From Hyaloraphidium curvatum SAG 235-1 (lineage: Eukaryota; Fungi; Monoblepharomycota): 64,000 nucleotides of DNA. Under the pieces are notes generated by a model. It was given only the letters and a program-made list of their open reading frames with translations. It did no database searches and had not been told where the DNA came from. Position 1 is the first letter of the stretch, and the number at the start of each line of letters is the position of its first letter. The stretch covers positions 658,380-722,379 of the forward strand of contig JAIVFI010000018.1 in NCBI GenBank assembly GCA_025558095.1, written 5' to 3'. Positions 10,786 to 22,578 of the stretch are shown in pieces. A program made the position numbers and the translations under genes.

Positions 10786-11685
10786 ATGGAAACCACGGCC
10801 GGCACAAAGCTCCGCATCGCCATCGTCGGCCTGGGCGCCATCGGCACCACGTTTGCCTCCCACCTCTCGCGCGCGGGCCACGCGGTGACCGCCGTCGCAC
10901 GCGGCTCCCGCCTGGAGCAGCTCCGGCGCGACGGCGGCGCCATCCGCGTCGAGGGCGAAACCGAAACCGCGGCGGTCGACGTCGCGCCCGCCGGGCTGGA
11001 CACCGAGGCCGCGTACGACCTCGTCCTGGTCGTCGTCCTCGCCCACCAGCTCGCCCCGCTCGTCCCGGCCCTGAAAGCCACCCGCGCCGCGAAAATCATG
11101 CTCATGTTCAACACGTACTCGAAGCTCGAGGACCTGCGCGAGGAAATCGGCGCCGCCCCCGCGCGCTTCTGCTTCGGGTTCCCCGCGATCCTCGCCAAGC
11201 TCGTCGACGGCGTGCTCGTCCGCAAACTCTACCCGGGCATGGCCAGCATCGTCTCCGAGGGACCCTACGACTCGGTGTTTACCGCCGCCGGGATCACCAC
11301 CGCCGTCGAACCGCGCATGCAGTCCTGGCTGCGCACCCATGCCGCGCTGGTCGTCCCGCTCATGTTCCTGGGACAGCTGACCAAGCGCGAGAACCGCTCC
11401 GTTGCCTACTCCGACGCCTGGACGGCCGCGCTCGCAATGCACGAGTGCTTCGCGCTGGCGCGGAGAGTGGGCGAGGAGATCGTGCCGTCGGGGATCGCGG
11501 TGCTCTCGTGGACGCCGACGTTCGCGCTGGCGGGGATGCTGTGGGCGCTGGGGAGGACGGGGGAGTTCAAGGAGGTGCAGCTCGTGGGACCTGCGGAGCC
11601 CGAGGCGCTGCTGAAGGAGATGATCGCGGCTTCCGGCGGCGACGAGGGCGCGCTCAAGGCCCTGCTTTCGCTCCGATCCCCATGA
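10786..11685 (+). CDS. Ketopantoate reductase (ApbA/PanE)-family oxidoreductase, intronless
   Basis: Motifs RIAIVGLGAIGT, AVTAVARGSRL, YDLVLVVV, MFN, GFP and WLRTHAA. An alternative ATG lies at 10696. Confidence 0.8.
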   Translation: METTAGTKLRIAIVGLGAIGTTFASHLSRAGHAVTAVARGSRLEQLRRDGGAIRVEGETETAAVDVAPAGLDTEAAYDLVLVVVLAHQLAPLVPALKATRAAKIMLMFNTYSKLEDLREEIGAAPARFCFGFPAILAKLVDGVLVRKLYPGMASIVSEGPYDSVFTAAGITTAVEPRMQSWLRTHAALVVPLMFLGQLTKRENRSVAYSDAWTAALAMHECFALARRVGEEIVPSGIAVLSWTPTFALAGMLWALGRTGEFKEVQLVGPAEPEALLKEMIAASGGDEGALKALLSLRSP

Positions 11686-12145
11686 GGGCATGCGAGGACC
11701 TTTTCTGGGATCGTGGGAGTTTCGGCGATCGAAATCTATGCCGGTCCGCATGAAAGAGCAACGAGACTCACCTTGTAGTCCCCCCCACCCGCGGTTCAGC
11801 GCCAGATGTCAGGCACGGTAGGCGCGACGAAAATCACAAATCCGGTGCTCTTCATCCGCCAGTCTTTGGGTGGACGAGTCAGGAAAATGACAAAAGATAC
11901 AGCACCACGTATTCCTGTGTGGTCTCCCACCACAGTACTGACGTGGCTCATACCAGCTTAACTTCAGTGGTCTGACGAGAACGGAAGCAAGCTCAAATGG
12001 AACCCGAAGGCCACGCTGCGTCGGCGGCTCGATCAAGTTTCACCGCCTGCGTCGCAAGCAGACTCAGCGGGCTTGCCCCCAAGCCTGCCCTCCGCCGAGC
12101 GCTCCTCCGCAGCATCGCCGCAATCTTAGCAATCGCAGCACCGCT

Positions 12146-13959
12146 ATGCTGTCTTCGGTCCCGCCGCCGGCGGCGATGGTGGCGTGGGCGCGCGCCGACC
12201 CGCTGGGCGCGTCCCTGCGCCTCGGCGCCCTCGTCGCCGCCGTCCTCTTCGCCGCGTGGCTCCTGCGGTTCCTGTACCGCGTCTACGTGTGGAACCTGTT
12301 CCTGAACCCGCTCAACCGCATCCCCGGGCCCCCCGTCAAGAACATCTTCCCCCCGCTCGGCCACTTCCCGCAGATTTTCCGGGAGGAGGCCGCGGCGCCG
12401 CACATAAGATGGCTGCGCGAGTACGCCCCCGACACGGGCGTCGTGCGCTACAACTCGCTGTTCCTGCAGCCGCGCGTGATGGTCGCAAACCCGGACGTGC
12501 TGCGCACCCTTCTCTCGGCGCAGAGCTACGACTTCCCCAAGGAGCCCATCGCGGGCCCGCTCAAGGAGGTGTTTGGCGGCGGGCTGCTGTTTTCCGAGGG
12601 CGGCGTACACAGGCGCCAGCGGCGGCTGCTGAACCCGGCCTTCTCGTACGCCCACGTTCGCGGCATGGTGCCGGCCTTCTGGGGCGCCGCGTGGAAGCTG
12701 TCCGAGAAATGGGCCGCCGAGCTGGCCGCTGCAAAGAAGGGCGGCGAGCAGACGCCCCAGCTGGACGTGCACGAGGACCTGGGCGCCGCGTCGCTGGACA
12801 TGATCGGCGTCGCGGGTCTGGGCCACGAGTTTGGCGCCCTCGAGGCGGAGCTGGCCCGCGCGAGGGCCAAATTGCGCGGGGACGGGGCCCAGGACGCCGA
12901 GCCGCCCGCCGCTTCGGGTTTGGCACGCGCCTACGGCAAGCTCATGTCGAGCTTCGGCCCCAGCCTGATTGGCATCCTGTTCTTCTTCTTCCCTTTCCTC
13001 GCGCGGGTCTACAAGTCGCCCAACCGGCAGGCGCAGGAGGAGGCGCTCAAGGAGATCAACGCGCATGTGAGCGAGCTCATCGACGGCAAGCGCGCGGCCG
13101 TGCGCGAGGGCAAGGCCGGCGGCGGCAAGGACCTCCTCTCCCTTCTGATGGAAGAGGCCAGCAGGGAGGGTACGGAGCTCACCGACAAGGAGCTCCGCGA
13201 CCAGGTCATGACCTTCCTCGTCGCCGGCCACGAGACCACCGCACTCGCCGTCTCCTGGACCCTCTGGCTGCTCGCGCACAACCCCGCCGCGCAGGCCGCC
13301 CTCCACGCCGAGCTCTCCTCTGCCCCCGCGCTGGCGAACCTCCGCGCCGCCTGCGCCCGCGCTGCTGCAGACCCGCTGCTCGACCTCGACCCGCCCGCCG
13401 TGGCCGCGGACGACCTCGACGGGCTCAAGTACCTTAACATGGCCTTCAAGGAAGCGCTCCGCGTGATCCCCCCCGCCCCCCTGGCCTCCACCCGCGTCGT
13501 GCAGCGCGACACGGACCTCACCGTCCCCCGCCCCGACGGCACCTCGGACACGTACCTGATCCCCAAGGGCACGGCCATCATGGTGTCCCCGTATGCGATG
13601 CACATGAGCCCGCGGCTGTGGGAGAAGGGCGGGGGGAAGGTGGAGGAGTTCAGGCCCGAGAGGTGGGAGGGCGAAGGCGGGGAGGGGGCGGTAGGGTGGA
13701 TGCCGTTTTCGATGGGGCCGAGGGGGTGCATCGGGCAGAAGCTCGCGATGATCGAGGCCAAGGTGGGTTTCCACAGCGGTGCCTGGAGGCGGTCGCGGGG
13801 CTGACGTGTTGCGCGTCGTGTCAGACGGTGCTGGCTGTGCTCGTCACGCGGTTCGAGTTCGAGCCGGTGCCGGGGTACGAGGTGAAGAAGAGCCTGCGGA
13901 TCACTTGGAGGCCGGACCGGCCGCTGCTGCTGCGGGTCAAGGAGCGGTCGCTGGCGTAG
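12146..13959 (+). CDS. Cytochrome P450
   Basis: N-terminal TM and IPGPP; I-helix TFLVAGHETT; KEALR; FRPERW; heme motif PFSMGPRGCIG. Intron 13763-13824. Confidence 0.95.
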
Positions 13960-14287
13960 GATGCTTGGCGTACACATTATTGAGTGGGGCAGAAAGAAAG
14001 TGCTAGGAGGATGTTGCTGGGTGTCGAGCGGGGCAGTCGGGGTCGCAGACCGTAACATTATTCGACGTCGGGCTACTCCCACTCCGGGTTCGAGAGCGAC
14101 CGAGTGCCTGCTGTCGCTCAAGGACTGGGGAGGGAACCCGAGGATGTACGGATTGCGACTGAAGTGATTGCTCTCGTCGAACCATGCAAAGCACTACTGC
14201 CCAGCCTCGCGCTGTATAGCAGCAAATATCATTGCGATGATGAGGTAAGTCTGCTGTCGTTGGCTACGTAAACAAACAGACGCCAAG

Positions 14288-16069
14288 ATGTCGGACCCTC
14301 CGCGTCCCTCGCTCTCGGCGCTCAAGCAGTCCGTCCTGTCGCGGAAGAAGGCCGTGAAACCCTCCCCCGACGCCGAGGATGCCGGCGAGCCCGTCTCGGT
14401 CTCGGAGCTGCTGGACGAGGCCGCATCGCTGGAGGACCAGGCTGAGCGGTACGGCATGTCGGGCGCCAAGGCGCGGGCGCGGCTGGAGGCGAGCTGGGCG
14501 GTGCTTGCCGGCCGTGTGTTAGCGGAGAGGTTCGGCTGGACGGTGCTCGGGCTGGGCGGGCGGCGGGCAGCAGCCTCGGTCGGGGACGAACGCCTCCCTT
14601 TCGAGGCTCTGTACAACGCGGCGCGCACGGCGGAGCTGCTGGCGACCTTCGAGGACCCTCCAACGCGTCCTGCGGGGGCGAGGTTGGACCTGCTTGAAGC
14701 AGCGCTGCTCCTGAGCGAACTCGCTGCCAGGCTGGCGGACGCGATGCCTGCGAATTCCCCGACGGAGCAAAGGACGAGGCTGGCGAACCTCGCGGACGCG
14801 CATTTCAACCATGCTCAGGCACTGCGGAGCCTGGCGGACGAACTGGATGGCATAGGGAGGCTTCCGGAGGGGCCTGTTCCAGTTTCCGTTGGCGCTGGTC
14901 TGCCATTCGCCGTGAACATGCCGCGAGAGCGCCTTGCTCGGACGGAAACACGTCTCCAGCTCGTGCAAACGGCACTGGAACACTTGAAACGCGTCTATGC
15001 GCTCCAGGAAGAGCGCGCTGGCCTAGAGACGACTGACAGGGAAGCTGCCGCGGCCGCAGAAACGGCAGATGAGACCGAGGACACCGCTTCCGCCCCCGGC
15101 ACTCCTTCAGAAGATGCCATGGACGAGGACGTGGACGGGTCGGAGGGCGGAGAGGAAGAGGCCGTGGTGCTGGAGCCCGTGACGCCCGAAGCCCTGGTCG
15201 ATACCACTGTCACCCTGGTTTCGACAACCACCGACCTGCTATCCCTTTCCCTTTCTTCGCCTGATATTGCGCCAGCCGACAACAATACCGTGCTCGCCGC
15301 TGTGCAGGGCTTTCTTTCGCGCGCCCGCGCCGGGCTAACCTCCATTGCGGATGCGAAGCTGCGCGCAACTCTCTCGCACTCGCTGGCACTCCACGAAGCC
15401 CAGCTCGGCCTCCTCGTTCCCCCGCTCCGCCCCGCCGCCGTCACCTCACTGCGGACGCTTGCCGCCGAGCTCGATAGGCACTACCCGCCTGATCTGGACC
15501 TCCTCCTACCGGCCCTGACGGACCTCGCCGATGCCCTGCTCGAGGACTCGTATCTGCCCGTGCTAGATGGCGCTCCCGCGCCCCCGCCAGCAACCGGCGC
15601 CGAGATCCTCCGACTGCTCTCCCGCGCACGTGCGCTGCGGCCTCGCGACGCGGGGATCTCTGCCTCGCTCGCCGACGCGACCGTAATCGCCGGCGTCGCA
15701 CCCCGGCACACTACCTCCCCGCCCTTCACCCCTTCCGAGCTGACAGCACTCAAGGACGCCGCCAAGTCGTACCACGACGCCCTCTCCATACTCAGCTTCG
15801 ATCTGGACCGCCCCGCCCCCGGCCGCGGCCGCCCGCCCACGGCCCAGCCTTCCTCGGAGGACCCCGACCCTCGCGCGCTGGGGGTGGCAAACAGGCTGCT
15901 CCTGGTCCTGCGGCACGTGGACCCCGCGGCGTTCGCGAGGGTCTCGGGGTCGCGGGCATACGCGGCGGCGGGGGGATCGGCGGAGGCGTTCGCGAGGGGG
16001 GAGGGGGGGGACGGGGACGAGGGAGTGGTCAGGACGTGGTTGGGGTTCGCGGCGGCGCAAGGAATGTGA
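14288..16069 (+). CDS. Hypothetical alpha-helical (possibly TPR-like) protein; may contain an in-frame intron near 14450-14522
   Basis: 593-aa ORF with ATG, helical Leu/Ala-rich segments and an acidic linker. No family recognised with confidence. Confidence 0.6.
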   Translation: MSDPPRPSLSALKQSVLSRKKAVKPSPDAEDAGEPVSVSELLDEAASLEDQAERYGMSGAKARARLEASWAVLAGRVLAERFGWTVLGLGGRRAAASVGDERLPFEALYNAARTAELLATFEDPPTRPAGARLDLLEAALLLSELAARLADAMPANSPTEQRTRLANLADAHFNHAQALRSLADELDGIGRLPEGPVPVSVGAGLPFAVNMPRERLARTETRLQLVQTALEHLKRVYALQEERAGLETTDREAAAAAETADETEDTASAPGTPSEDAMDEDVDGSEGGEEEAVVLEPVTPEALVDTTVTLVSTTTDLLSLSLSSPDIAPADNNTVLAAVQGFLSRARAGLTSIADAKLRATLSHSLALHEAQLGLLVPPLRPAAVTSLRTLAAELDRHYPPDLDLLLPALTDLADALLEDSYLPVLDGAPAPPPATGAEILRLLSRARALRPRDAGISASLADATVIAGVAPRHTTSPPFTPSELTALKDAAKSYHDALSILSFDLDRPAPGRGRPPTAQPSSEDPDPRALGVANRLLLVLRHVDPAAFARVSGSRAYAAAGGSAEAFARGEGGDGDEGVVRTWLGFAAAQGM

Positions 16070-16547
16070 TGCTACGCGTTTCTCAATCAATTCTTCATCT
16101 TTTCTGCGGCACACGGTCGGCACGGGGCGTCGCAGTTTTTTGTCGGCGTTCGGATCGGTGCTTACCGCCTCGCAGCAATCAAGCCAACTCAAGCCCACCG
16201 ATCCCGTCATCCTTCGAAATCGCCATCAGAAGTCGTCGTCGTCGTCCTCCCAAGGATCGAACGCGCCTTCCGCATCAGCGTCAGTGTTAACGAGCTCGGC
16301 GGCCCGCCTCAGATTGTTGGGATCGACAGTCTCCTTGACGATCGCGCCAGCATGCTGTCCTGCCCCCGCGACGGCGTGCTCCGCTTCCAACTCCATTGTG
16401 AGGAGGCTTGAAACCCACATGTCGAATCCACGGGGTAACAGGGTCGGCCAGTCGTGGTCGGCAACGACCGCCCCCGCGATCGCCAAATCTTCGAGGCCAG
16501 TGAACATGTGCCCGGCCGTGGTCGCCACGAACAGGCTTCGCAATCAA

Positions 16548-18002
16548 TCAACCCCACCCGGGGTACGGGCAGACGACCTCCATCGTCGCAAACACACCCG
16601 AACCCCTGAACAGCCCGTACATGGCGAACCCGACCGTGGCCAGCGACACTGCGGCCGCGCGCAGGAAGGAGAACGACGCCGGGAAGCCGAACACGGTGGC
16701 GCGCAGCCGCGACGCCTCGAGGAACGACGAGAGCACGTCGCAGTGCGCTCGCACACCCTCCGAGGGCGGGAGCAGCCGAAGGCGTTCACGCAGGTCGGCG
16801 TAGAGCTCGAGGACCGAGTCCACTTGGCCGTTGGAAAAGGACGCATGCACGAGGTCCTGTACCACCACGCCGATCGCGGTGGCGAGCATGACGAGCGAGA
16901 CGGCCGTGATGCACGTCCCGGCAAAGAGGTTGATGATCACGCAGGCGATGTCGAGGGGAATGTCAGGGACAACGGCTCTCCGAATTGCGGCAGAGGCGAG
17001 CATGCGACCTCGCCAGGTGCTTGCGAGGCGGAAATGGAGGGTGACGTACGGTTCCTCGGCAGCAGGAGGGATGGGTTCGCCTTTGAGGGCGGCCGTTCGG
17101 CAGCGCGTGTAAAAGTCCGCGAGAGCCAGCTTAGCTGCGCGGCGGTGGAGCCTGTGTTCGACGAATAGCACGAACGGGTTCTTGCGCCAGCGGATGGCCT
17201 CAATAGTGACGGAAATGTAAAGGAAAAATCCCGTAAGCATGACTGCCAGGTTAAGCACGGCCTACGGGGAAGTCCACGTGGTCGTGCCGAAAGTGACGAA
17301 GGCCGTCCACTCCGAGAACAGCACAGCCAATACCGAGGATATTGCAATCCAGAACAACGACGTCAGAATGGCAGCGGCTCCAGCCAAGGAAGGAAAGCGG
17401 CCAGCGCAACCAGCCGCGTCGCACGGACATAACGGGTCCACCGAGTCGTGCGAGAGGAGCGCCGAGCTGTCCGCGCCCTTCTCCCTGTCACCGGCAGCAG
17501 GTACGCCCTCGAGATACGTCGCGAGCTGGAGCAGCGCGTGTCCGGCGGTCCCCGAGTCTCCAAAGTCGCCCAACCATCCCTTCTGAAGCATGTGTCGTGC
17601 GATGCTGTACACGGCTTGCAGCGAGTATGCCACGATCCCGGCCGCAATCTGCTGCGTCCCGAAACGTCCGTCGTTGAGCGCGACAACAGATACGGTCGCG
17701 AGAGCAATCTTCGACGTCTGGAACCCGACGTAGAGCACCGCCGTTCCAAATCCCCGGGAGACAGCATTCCGTGCACTTTCCAAGCGCACGAGAAACGGCA
17801 GCGGCGGGGCTTTTTCCAACATGCGGGCCATCTCGGCATTGGAGGGAGGTGCGGCTTCGAATGCGGGCGTCGCCGCGTCGCCCTCGTCCAGGAGCGCCGA
17901 CGTGTCATCGCGAGCACCGCTCGGGAACAGGAGCCTCCAGTCGAGAGGGGAGAAGAGCTGCGGAGCCTCCGTTGGAGACGCGTCCGTGTCGCGTCCGTCC
18001 AT
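16548..18002 (-). pseudogene. Multi-pass membrane protein interrupted by one in-frame TAG at 17262-17264 (or a weak in-frame intron)
   Basis: ORFs 17262-18287 and 16548-17258 are in the same frame (...TTWTSP*AVLNLAVML...). Several hydrophobic helices. ATG at 18002. Confidence 0.55.
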
Positions 18003-18934
18003 GGCCGCGTCGGGGTGCTGTTTGCCTCCCGAACCCGCTTCCGCGGGGACTATGGTCTGCAAGGAAGCAGATTTGCGGGTTCGCTGTGCGCTGCGTTGCT
18101 CCGCGTGCCGTGGGGAGGCGCCTTCGTGAACGGTGTTTGGCTGGTTCGGATCAAGCCCGGGCTCAAGCGAAACCACCAGCGCACGCACCTCGATCGAGCA
18201 GCTCTGTGGCAATGTAAGTACGCATATGACTCCACCAGATTCTAATCTCGTTGGAAGTCGGCCTGGCGGACAATAGTGGGCGATCAAGGCCCGAGACTGT
18301 CTTAGCCCTCATACTCAGCTCGCCCCGGTCCGCCGTCCCGAAATTCGCGCTAGCCCCCGACCGACCCTTCATGCGCCGCAGTCTTCCATCCCGTCGCATC
18401 CGCAGCACCTCGGTTACCTACTGGGATTTCCGCGTCACAATGTGACGACGAGCGCCGGCTTCGGCCGGCAGGTGGGACGGCCGCCACCCCAAAAGAGGCC
18501 GAGCGGGCGCCCGTCCCGTGCTCAACAGGCGATGGTCCGCCGCCATCTGAAACAACGAGTGAAACCAGAAAAGCCAAAAACAGCGCCAGGGCCTGGCGGC
18601 CCCCGCGAGGGGGCGAAGTGCCAACACCTCCGAGCTGCAAACACTTGATGCGACAACCCTTTTGCCTTGATACCAATCCGTCCTCCAGTTCGGCTGTGGT
18701 GCGAATCCACTCGCTTTTTCGCCGCGGGCGGGGTTGCCAATGGTCGTGGCGGCGTGGAGGAATTTGCCCTCGACAGCGAATGTTCGCCCCCGCTTCGCCC
18801 CCACCGGCCCCCACTTCGGGCCTCGCTTCATTCGGGAGACAGCGCGGGAGAAGTCAAAGGGCAGCCAGGCACAGCCGCGCACCCTCCGTCTCCCGGACAT
18901 TTCTCGCCCTCCGTCCTCCGGCAGCCTGCACGCC

Positions 18935-20577
18935 ATGCTGTCGCTCTTCCTCTCGCTGCTCGCCGGGGCCTTCGTCCTCCTCGCCTACCTCACCCGGACG
19001 CGCAACCCCAAAGTGCCCGGCCCGCCGACATGGCCCATCATCGGCGCGCTGCCGACCTTCTTTGAGTTCATTAAGCGTAGTCGCCCAGGCCTCGGGCTGG
19101 CGGAGATCGCGAAGCGCCACGGCCCCGTCGCGCGGCTGACGATTCCGGGGGGCGACGGGGTCATCGTGTCGGATCCGGCCATTGCGCGGCGGGTGCTCCG
19201 CGGGGACGGCGGGAAGATCGTCAAGGGCGACGAGACGGAGCATGCCATGGTGCGTTTCCGAATGAGAGCCGCAATGACGCGTTACTGACGCAGCGGGCGC
19301 TATCCCACTGGGATGAATGGCATGATCAACCGTGGCTTCCAGCACGACATCGCGCCCAAAGGTCTCTTTGTCTTTGCGGATGGCCCCGACTGGACGCGCC
19401 ACCGCAAGCGCCTCCAGCCCGCCTTTGGCCCCGTGCATCTCCGCAACGCGCTCGGGATCGCCTCGGAAATTGCCGACAAGCTCTACGGTATCTACGACGC
19501 CAAGATCGGAACGAAGGAGGCCGAAGCCGGGTTCGACTTTTACAGCGGCCTGACGAGCGCGGTCGCCGACGTGCTGGGGAGGATGGCGTTCAGCTACGAT
19601 TTCGGAAACCTCGAGGCGATGGTCGACCCGTCGAACCCGCGGGAGACGTACAACAACCTGGAGAAGCTGCTACAGGTCTTTTCCGACCGCGTCTTCACCG
19701 TTCCTCGCCCCTTCTGGAACCTCGCCGGGCTGGGCAGCGAGAGTGTCAAGCCGGTGACGGCCAGGGTGCGGGCGGTCGTGGACGAGGTGATCGCCGCAAG
19801 GAAGAAGGCCCGGGAGGGGGGGAAGGAGAGGCCGGAGAAGGAGATGGACGTGCTCGACAGGCTGATGGCGCAGACCGCGGACGGGGAGGCCGCGTTCACG
19901 CAGGACGAGATCGTGGACGAGGTGCTCGCGTTCTACATGGCCGGTTGGTGGTCACTGAGTGGGCTCGATGTGCTGTTTTCTCACGCAATCGTTGTCGGAC
20001 AGGCCAAGATGCAATGGCGAACGCCCTGGTCTGGTTCGTTTACGCCCTGTCGCAGAACCCCGCAGAGCAGGACAAGATCCACGACGAGATCTGCCGCGTC
20101 GTCGCGGATCACACGGGTCGGCCGACCTACGACGAGCTCAACGAGCTGCGCTACCTCGACGCGGCCTTCCGCGAATCCCTCCGCCTGCACACCGTGCTCG
20201 CCCAGCCCGCGCCCCGCGTCGTCGTGCAGCCAACCGAGCTCGGCGGTTACCCGATCGCCCCCGGCACGCAGGTCTTTGTCATGGTCGCCGCGATGCACTC
20301 GGACCCCTCGCTGTGGCCCGACCCGGGGTCGTACCTCCCCGCGCGGCACCTCGCGGACGGCAAGGAGGAAAAGGACTCGTCGGCGTACCTGCCCTTCTCG
20401 GACGGCCCGCACCAGTGCCCCGGCATGCGGCTGGCGTACCTCGAGGGCAAGGCGTTCGTGGCGCCGCTGGTGCGGAGGTACAGGATCAGCCTGGTGCCGG
20501 GGCAGGATCTGGAGCCGGTGGAGGCGGTCAGCACGGGCTTGAGGAAGGGGCTGAAGCTGCGGTTGGAGAGGAGGTGA
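18935..20577 (+). CDS. Cytochrome P450 with atypical I-helix (AGQDAM)
   Basis: TM anchor then VPGPPTWP; W...RK; ESLR; PARH; heme motif [11 protein letters not shown]. Introns ~19250-19343 and 19944-20002. Confidence 0.92.
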
Positions 20578-20682
20578 ACTGGCTGAGCAATCTGCATGTA
20601 GCGATCTGCGTGCGGTTGGATTCGAACGACGCGCGTAAACAACCCTGTGTGTCCCGGGCGCCCTTCGCCGTCCCTTCCCGCG

Positions 20683-22495
20683 ATGGCCACGCCGACGGCG
20701 CTCACGATCGCGGGGTCCGACAGCGGTGGCGGCGCGGGCATCCAGGCGGACCTCAAGACGTTCAGCGCGTTCGGCGTGTTCGGCACGTCGGTCGTCGCGG
20801 CGCTCACCGCGCAGAACACGAAAGGCGTGCAGGGCGTCGTCGCCGTCGAGCCATCGTTCGTGGAGGCGCAGTGCGAGTCGGTACTCTCGGACATCGGGGC
20901 GGGTGCGGTGAAGACAGGTGGGCGACGCGTCCTCCTGTCGGGACCGGACGCGAGTTGACGCGTCTTCTGCCCTTTAGGCATGCTTTTCTCGGCACCCATT
21001 ATCGGGGTGGTCGCTTCGCAGCTGCGCAAGCACGGCGTGGCGCGGCTGGTCGTGGACCCCGTCATGGTCAGCTCGTCCGGCAGCCGGCTGCTGAGCGAGG
21101 ACGCCGTTGCCGCCCTGGCCGAGGACCTAATCCCGCTGGCCACCGTGTTGACCCCCAACACGCCCGAGGCCGAGGTGCTGTTGCAGCAAGCCGGGCGGCC
21201 CATGAAGATCGCGTCGGTGGAGGACATGAAGGTCGCCGCTCGCGCGATTCGCGAGGCGTTCGGGCCGCAGTACGTGCTGCTCAAAGGCGGCCACCTTCCC
21301 GTGTCCGACATTGCCTCTCCTGAGGTCGACGACGTGCGGACCGTGTTCCTTCCTTCCCCGACGCCGGATGCCAAGGGGCAGAACGGCGCGGCTTCGCACG
21401 TCGTAGACGTCCTCTACGACGGGCAGACCTTTGTGCAGTACCCGAAACCTCACCGCCGGACGCGCAACCTGCACGGGACGGGCTGCACGCTGTCGGCGGC
21501 CATCGCCGCGGGGCTGGCGCTGGGGAAGCCCGTGCCCGAGGCGGTTGAAGCGGCCCTGGTCTACCTCTCCAAGGCCATCGCCCCCGGCAAACCGTTTGCC
21601 GTCGGCACGGGAGCGCACGGGCCCGTGAACCACCTGCACTCCATCACCGCCGTGGCAACCCTGCTCGAGGCGCCTTCCGCGCCGCCTCCCGCCCCGTGGT
21701 CGGCCGTCGGCGCCGGCACCGACCTCGCCTCCCGTCTCATCGCCTCCTGCCCCGCCGAATGGCAATTTTTCGTCGACCACCCCTTTGTCCGCGGCATGGC
21801 CGACGGCACCCTTCCCCCGGAATCCTTCAGGCACTACATGGTCCAGGATTACCTCTACCTCACGCACTTTGCCCGCGCCTACGCGCTCGCGGCCTACAAG
21901 GAGCAGCGCATGGACGACATCCTCCGCGCCGCCGGAACGGTGCTCCAGATCGGCCGCGAGACCGAGCTGCACGTCGCGTGGTGCGCCCGCCTCGGCATAT
22001 CGAAGGAGGAGCTCGACGCCGCCCCGGAGGCCGTGGCCAACCTGTCCTACACCCGGTTCTTCCTCGAGAAGGGAGTCAGCGGGGACAGGCTGGATCTCAG
22101 GGTGGCGCTGGCGCCGTGCTTGCTGGGGTACGGGGTGATCGGGAAGAGGTTGGCGGAGGATCCGGCGACAAAGAGGGGTGGGTGGCAGGTGCGCGGGCCG
22201 GATTGGCCTTGGCTCACCTGTGTCTGGCAGACGGCAACCCGTACTGGGAGTGGATCGAGGCCTACGCCGCGGACGACTACCAGGAGGCCTGCCGCGAAGG
22301 CCGGGGTGGGTGCTCGCTCCGCCGTCGGCCGGATGCCGCTGACCGTGGTCCGCAGAGGAGCTCGAAAAGCTGTCCAAGGAGCTGCTTCCCGAGTCGAGCA
22401 AGGCCAGGATGCGGCAGCTGTGCGAAACGTTCCGCCAGGGCACGGTTCTGGAGGCCAAGTTCTGGGACAGTGGGTTCTCCCCCGGGCGTTGGTAG
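20683..22495 (+). CDS. THI20: HMP/HMP-P kinase (ThiD) fused to TenA thiaminase II
   Basis: ThiD motifs [39 protein letters not shown] and HGTGCTLS, then TenA motifs HPFV, QDYLYL, PCLLGY and NPYWEWI. Three introns. Confidence 0.93.
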
Positions 22496-22578
22496 GGCAC
22501 GCCGCTAACCCGGTCGACAGTGGGGCTTCACTTGCAAGACTAGATCTCTTTCTCATTTGGGCTCTGAGCAATCGAACA

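Noticed and set aside
16226-16543. 105-aa acidic-tailed ORF downstream of the membrane-protein gene
   Set aside because: It has no clear start or splice link and no recognisable family. It may be a gene remnant, but support is insufficient.
4001-17264. Genome-wide TAG reassignment
   Set aside because: TAG directly follows PTS1 tripeptides (28324, 36809) and ends several conserved proteins, so it functions as a stop.
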